32,000 nucleotides of DNA, taken from Methanothermus fervidus DSM 2088 (GTDB lineage: Archaea; Methanobacteriota; Methanobacteria; DSM-2088; Methanothermaceae). Positions within the stretch are counted from its first letter, which is position 1. Each line of letters begins with the position of its first letter. The position numbers and the translations under genes are program-made. Location of the stretch: contig CP002278.1 of assembly GCA_000166095.1 (NCBI GenBank), forward strand, positions 1,050,001 through 1,082,000, in the 5' to 3' direction. Positions 30,859 to 32,000 of this stretch are shown piece by piece. The notes below the pieces were generated by a model that was given only the letters and a program-made list of their open reading frames with translations, was not told the origin of the DNA and did no database searches.

Positions 30859-31832
30859 CGAAAAGAGGCTCAAGCAATAGAAATAGAAGTATACCATATT
30901 TTTTCCTGTGTCCATTGTCTAAAAAAAGTCCTGAAAAGGAGCTTGTTGAATTAAAACAGAACGAAAATCCATAATATGTATTTGTATCAGAAAATAATAC
31001 ATGATCTACTGATACTGGTGCACTAACATTTTCTATTATAATAGAAGGTACAATAAAAGTTTCAATTCCAAATTCACGTCCATCAGAAACTCCTTTTCCA
31101 TTTAATCTAATAAAAATAACATGCTCCATCATGGCTTTCATGGTAATAACCATTTTTTAGGCAATTTAACAAAATATTTGTGTTGTTATGTGTTGTATAT
31201 TCCTCATAAGGACATTTTTTGATTAAAAATGGAGAAATTGCATTTTTATAATAAGAAACATTTTTTAATCCTTTTTCAGATAAATATGCTGCCAAAGAAT
31301 CTCCATAATATATTTTAGATTTATCATGATGCAGATTTCCATATTTTCTTAGTTTTATAAAAGGTAACGGGTCTGGTAAACCTTCAATTGAAAATTCTTT
31401 TGTAATGGTCTCTTGATGTTTCACGTTTCCCTCTTCAACATCTAATGAAAAGTTTATATCAATTAAAAAAGGATCATTACTATTTGTTTTCAAATAATTT
31501 ATAATACAATTTGATTTAATACCTTTATTTTCATATTTTTTAGATATTTCGTTTATTTTTGATTCTATTATTTTTTTTGCGCTATCTGAACTATTTGTAT
31601 AGCTGACATTGTTATCAATGACATTATATGCCATATCTTCAATAACTTTCCTTGCAATTATTGGTACATTGTTTTTAATATCATCCACCGTATAAATAAC
31701 ATTTTTAGAGGATTTTTTGTTGAGAATTATTGAATTCTCCATATTTATAAACGAAAAAACAGCTGAAAGTAATAAAATTAAAGGTATTATTAGTAGAAAA
31801 GTCATATTACTTATTATATAACCTCTTTCCAA
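30842..31832 (-). CDS. Hypothetical secreted/membrane-anchored protein with an N-terminal pilin-like helix; frameshift near 31113
   Basis: ORF 31107-31832 (MERGYIISNMTFLLIIPLILLLSAVFSFINME...YYHESHDGACYFY*) continues in the adjacent frame as CYFIRLNGKGVSDGREFGIETFIVPSIIIENVSAPVSVDHV...DFHTI* if one T of a TTTTT run is removed. Confidence 0.6.
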
Positions 31833-31923
31833 ATTTTCACCCCTTTTTTTAAATATTTTAAGTTTTGAAATAATTTTTTATGAAATTATAAATATTTAAA
31901 ATAAAGTAAATAAATTTATAGTT

Positions 31924-32000
31924 ATGAAAATAATTAAATTAGATCCCTATAATCCAAAAACAAAAGTTTTAAATAAAGTCAGGAGAATGTTAGCCGAAGG
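31924..32000 (+). CDS. Probable Sua5/YciO/YrdC family protein, 3' truncated by window end
   Basis: MKIIKLDPYNPKTKVLNKVRRMLAEG resembles the start of Sua5/YciO proteins (MkIikldp.np....l..a..iL..G). Confidence 0.45.
   Translation, partial: MKIIKLDPYNPKTKVLNKVRRMLAE

Noticed and set aside
17100-31000. Possible defence system (cas genes, toxin-antitoxin, restriction-modification)
   Set aside because: None of the proteins in the window match such families; only CRISPR-like repeats without cas genes are present.

Overview
This is an AT-rich euryarchaeal (methanogen-like, probably Methanobacteriales-type) chromosomal window. About 24 kb are mostly ordinary core genes: ferredoxin-domain glutamate synthase (5' partial), stand-alone PEP-utilizing enzyme, HtpX-like M48 protease, signal peptidase-like S26 protein, aroD, an amt-glnK-glnA nitrogen cluster with an NrpR-like operator, APC permease, FIST protein, archaeal MAT, ileS, purL, polyprenol/phytol-kinase-like membrane protein, a membrane-anchored CobN-like chelatase, cbiB, a CYTH protein, an orphan A-ATPase K subunit, TauE/SafE permease, a KaiC-like ATPase with an HTH partner, DedA, two N-terminally anchored surface-type proteins, and a probable Sua5/YciO start at the right edge. 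The most interesting signal is a dispersed modular repeat family between about 18.4 and 30.9 kb. It has a conserved CRISPR-leader-like block (with a 20-bp palindrome TTATAAGTTATAACTTATAA) next to 29-30-nt sequences of the form GTTTTAAAATAGACTAAATAGTATGGAAAT. These form a minimal two-repeat/one-spacer array at 30765-30858 and sit as opposed single repeats in front of two divergent genes at 25074-25102 and 25311-25340. The layout resembles the long-repeat/short-repeat elements described in Methanocaldococcus jannaschii. Several reading frames end inside these repeats. A compositionally distinct TauE plus chromate-transporter remnant lies between repeat blocks. Three genes are broken by single frameshifts at or near simple-sequence tracts. 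No cas genes are visible. No claim depends on a database search; homologies are from pattern recognition.
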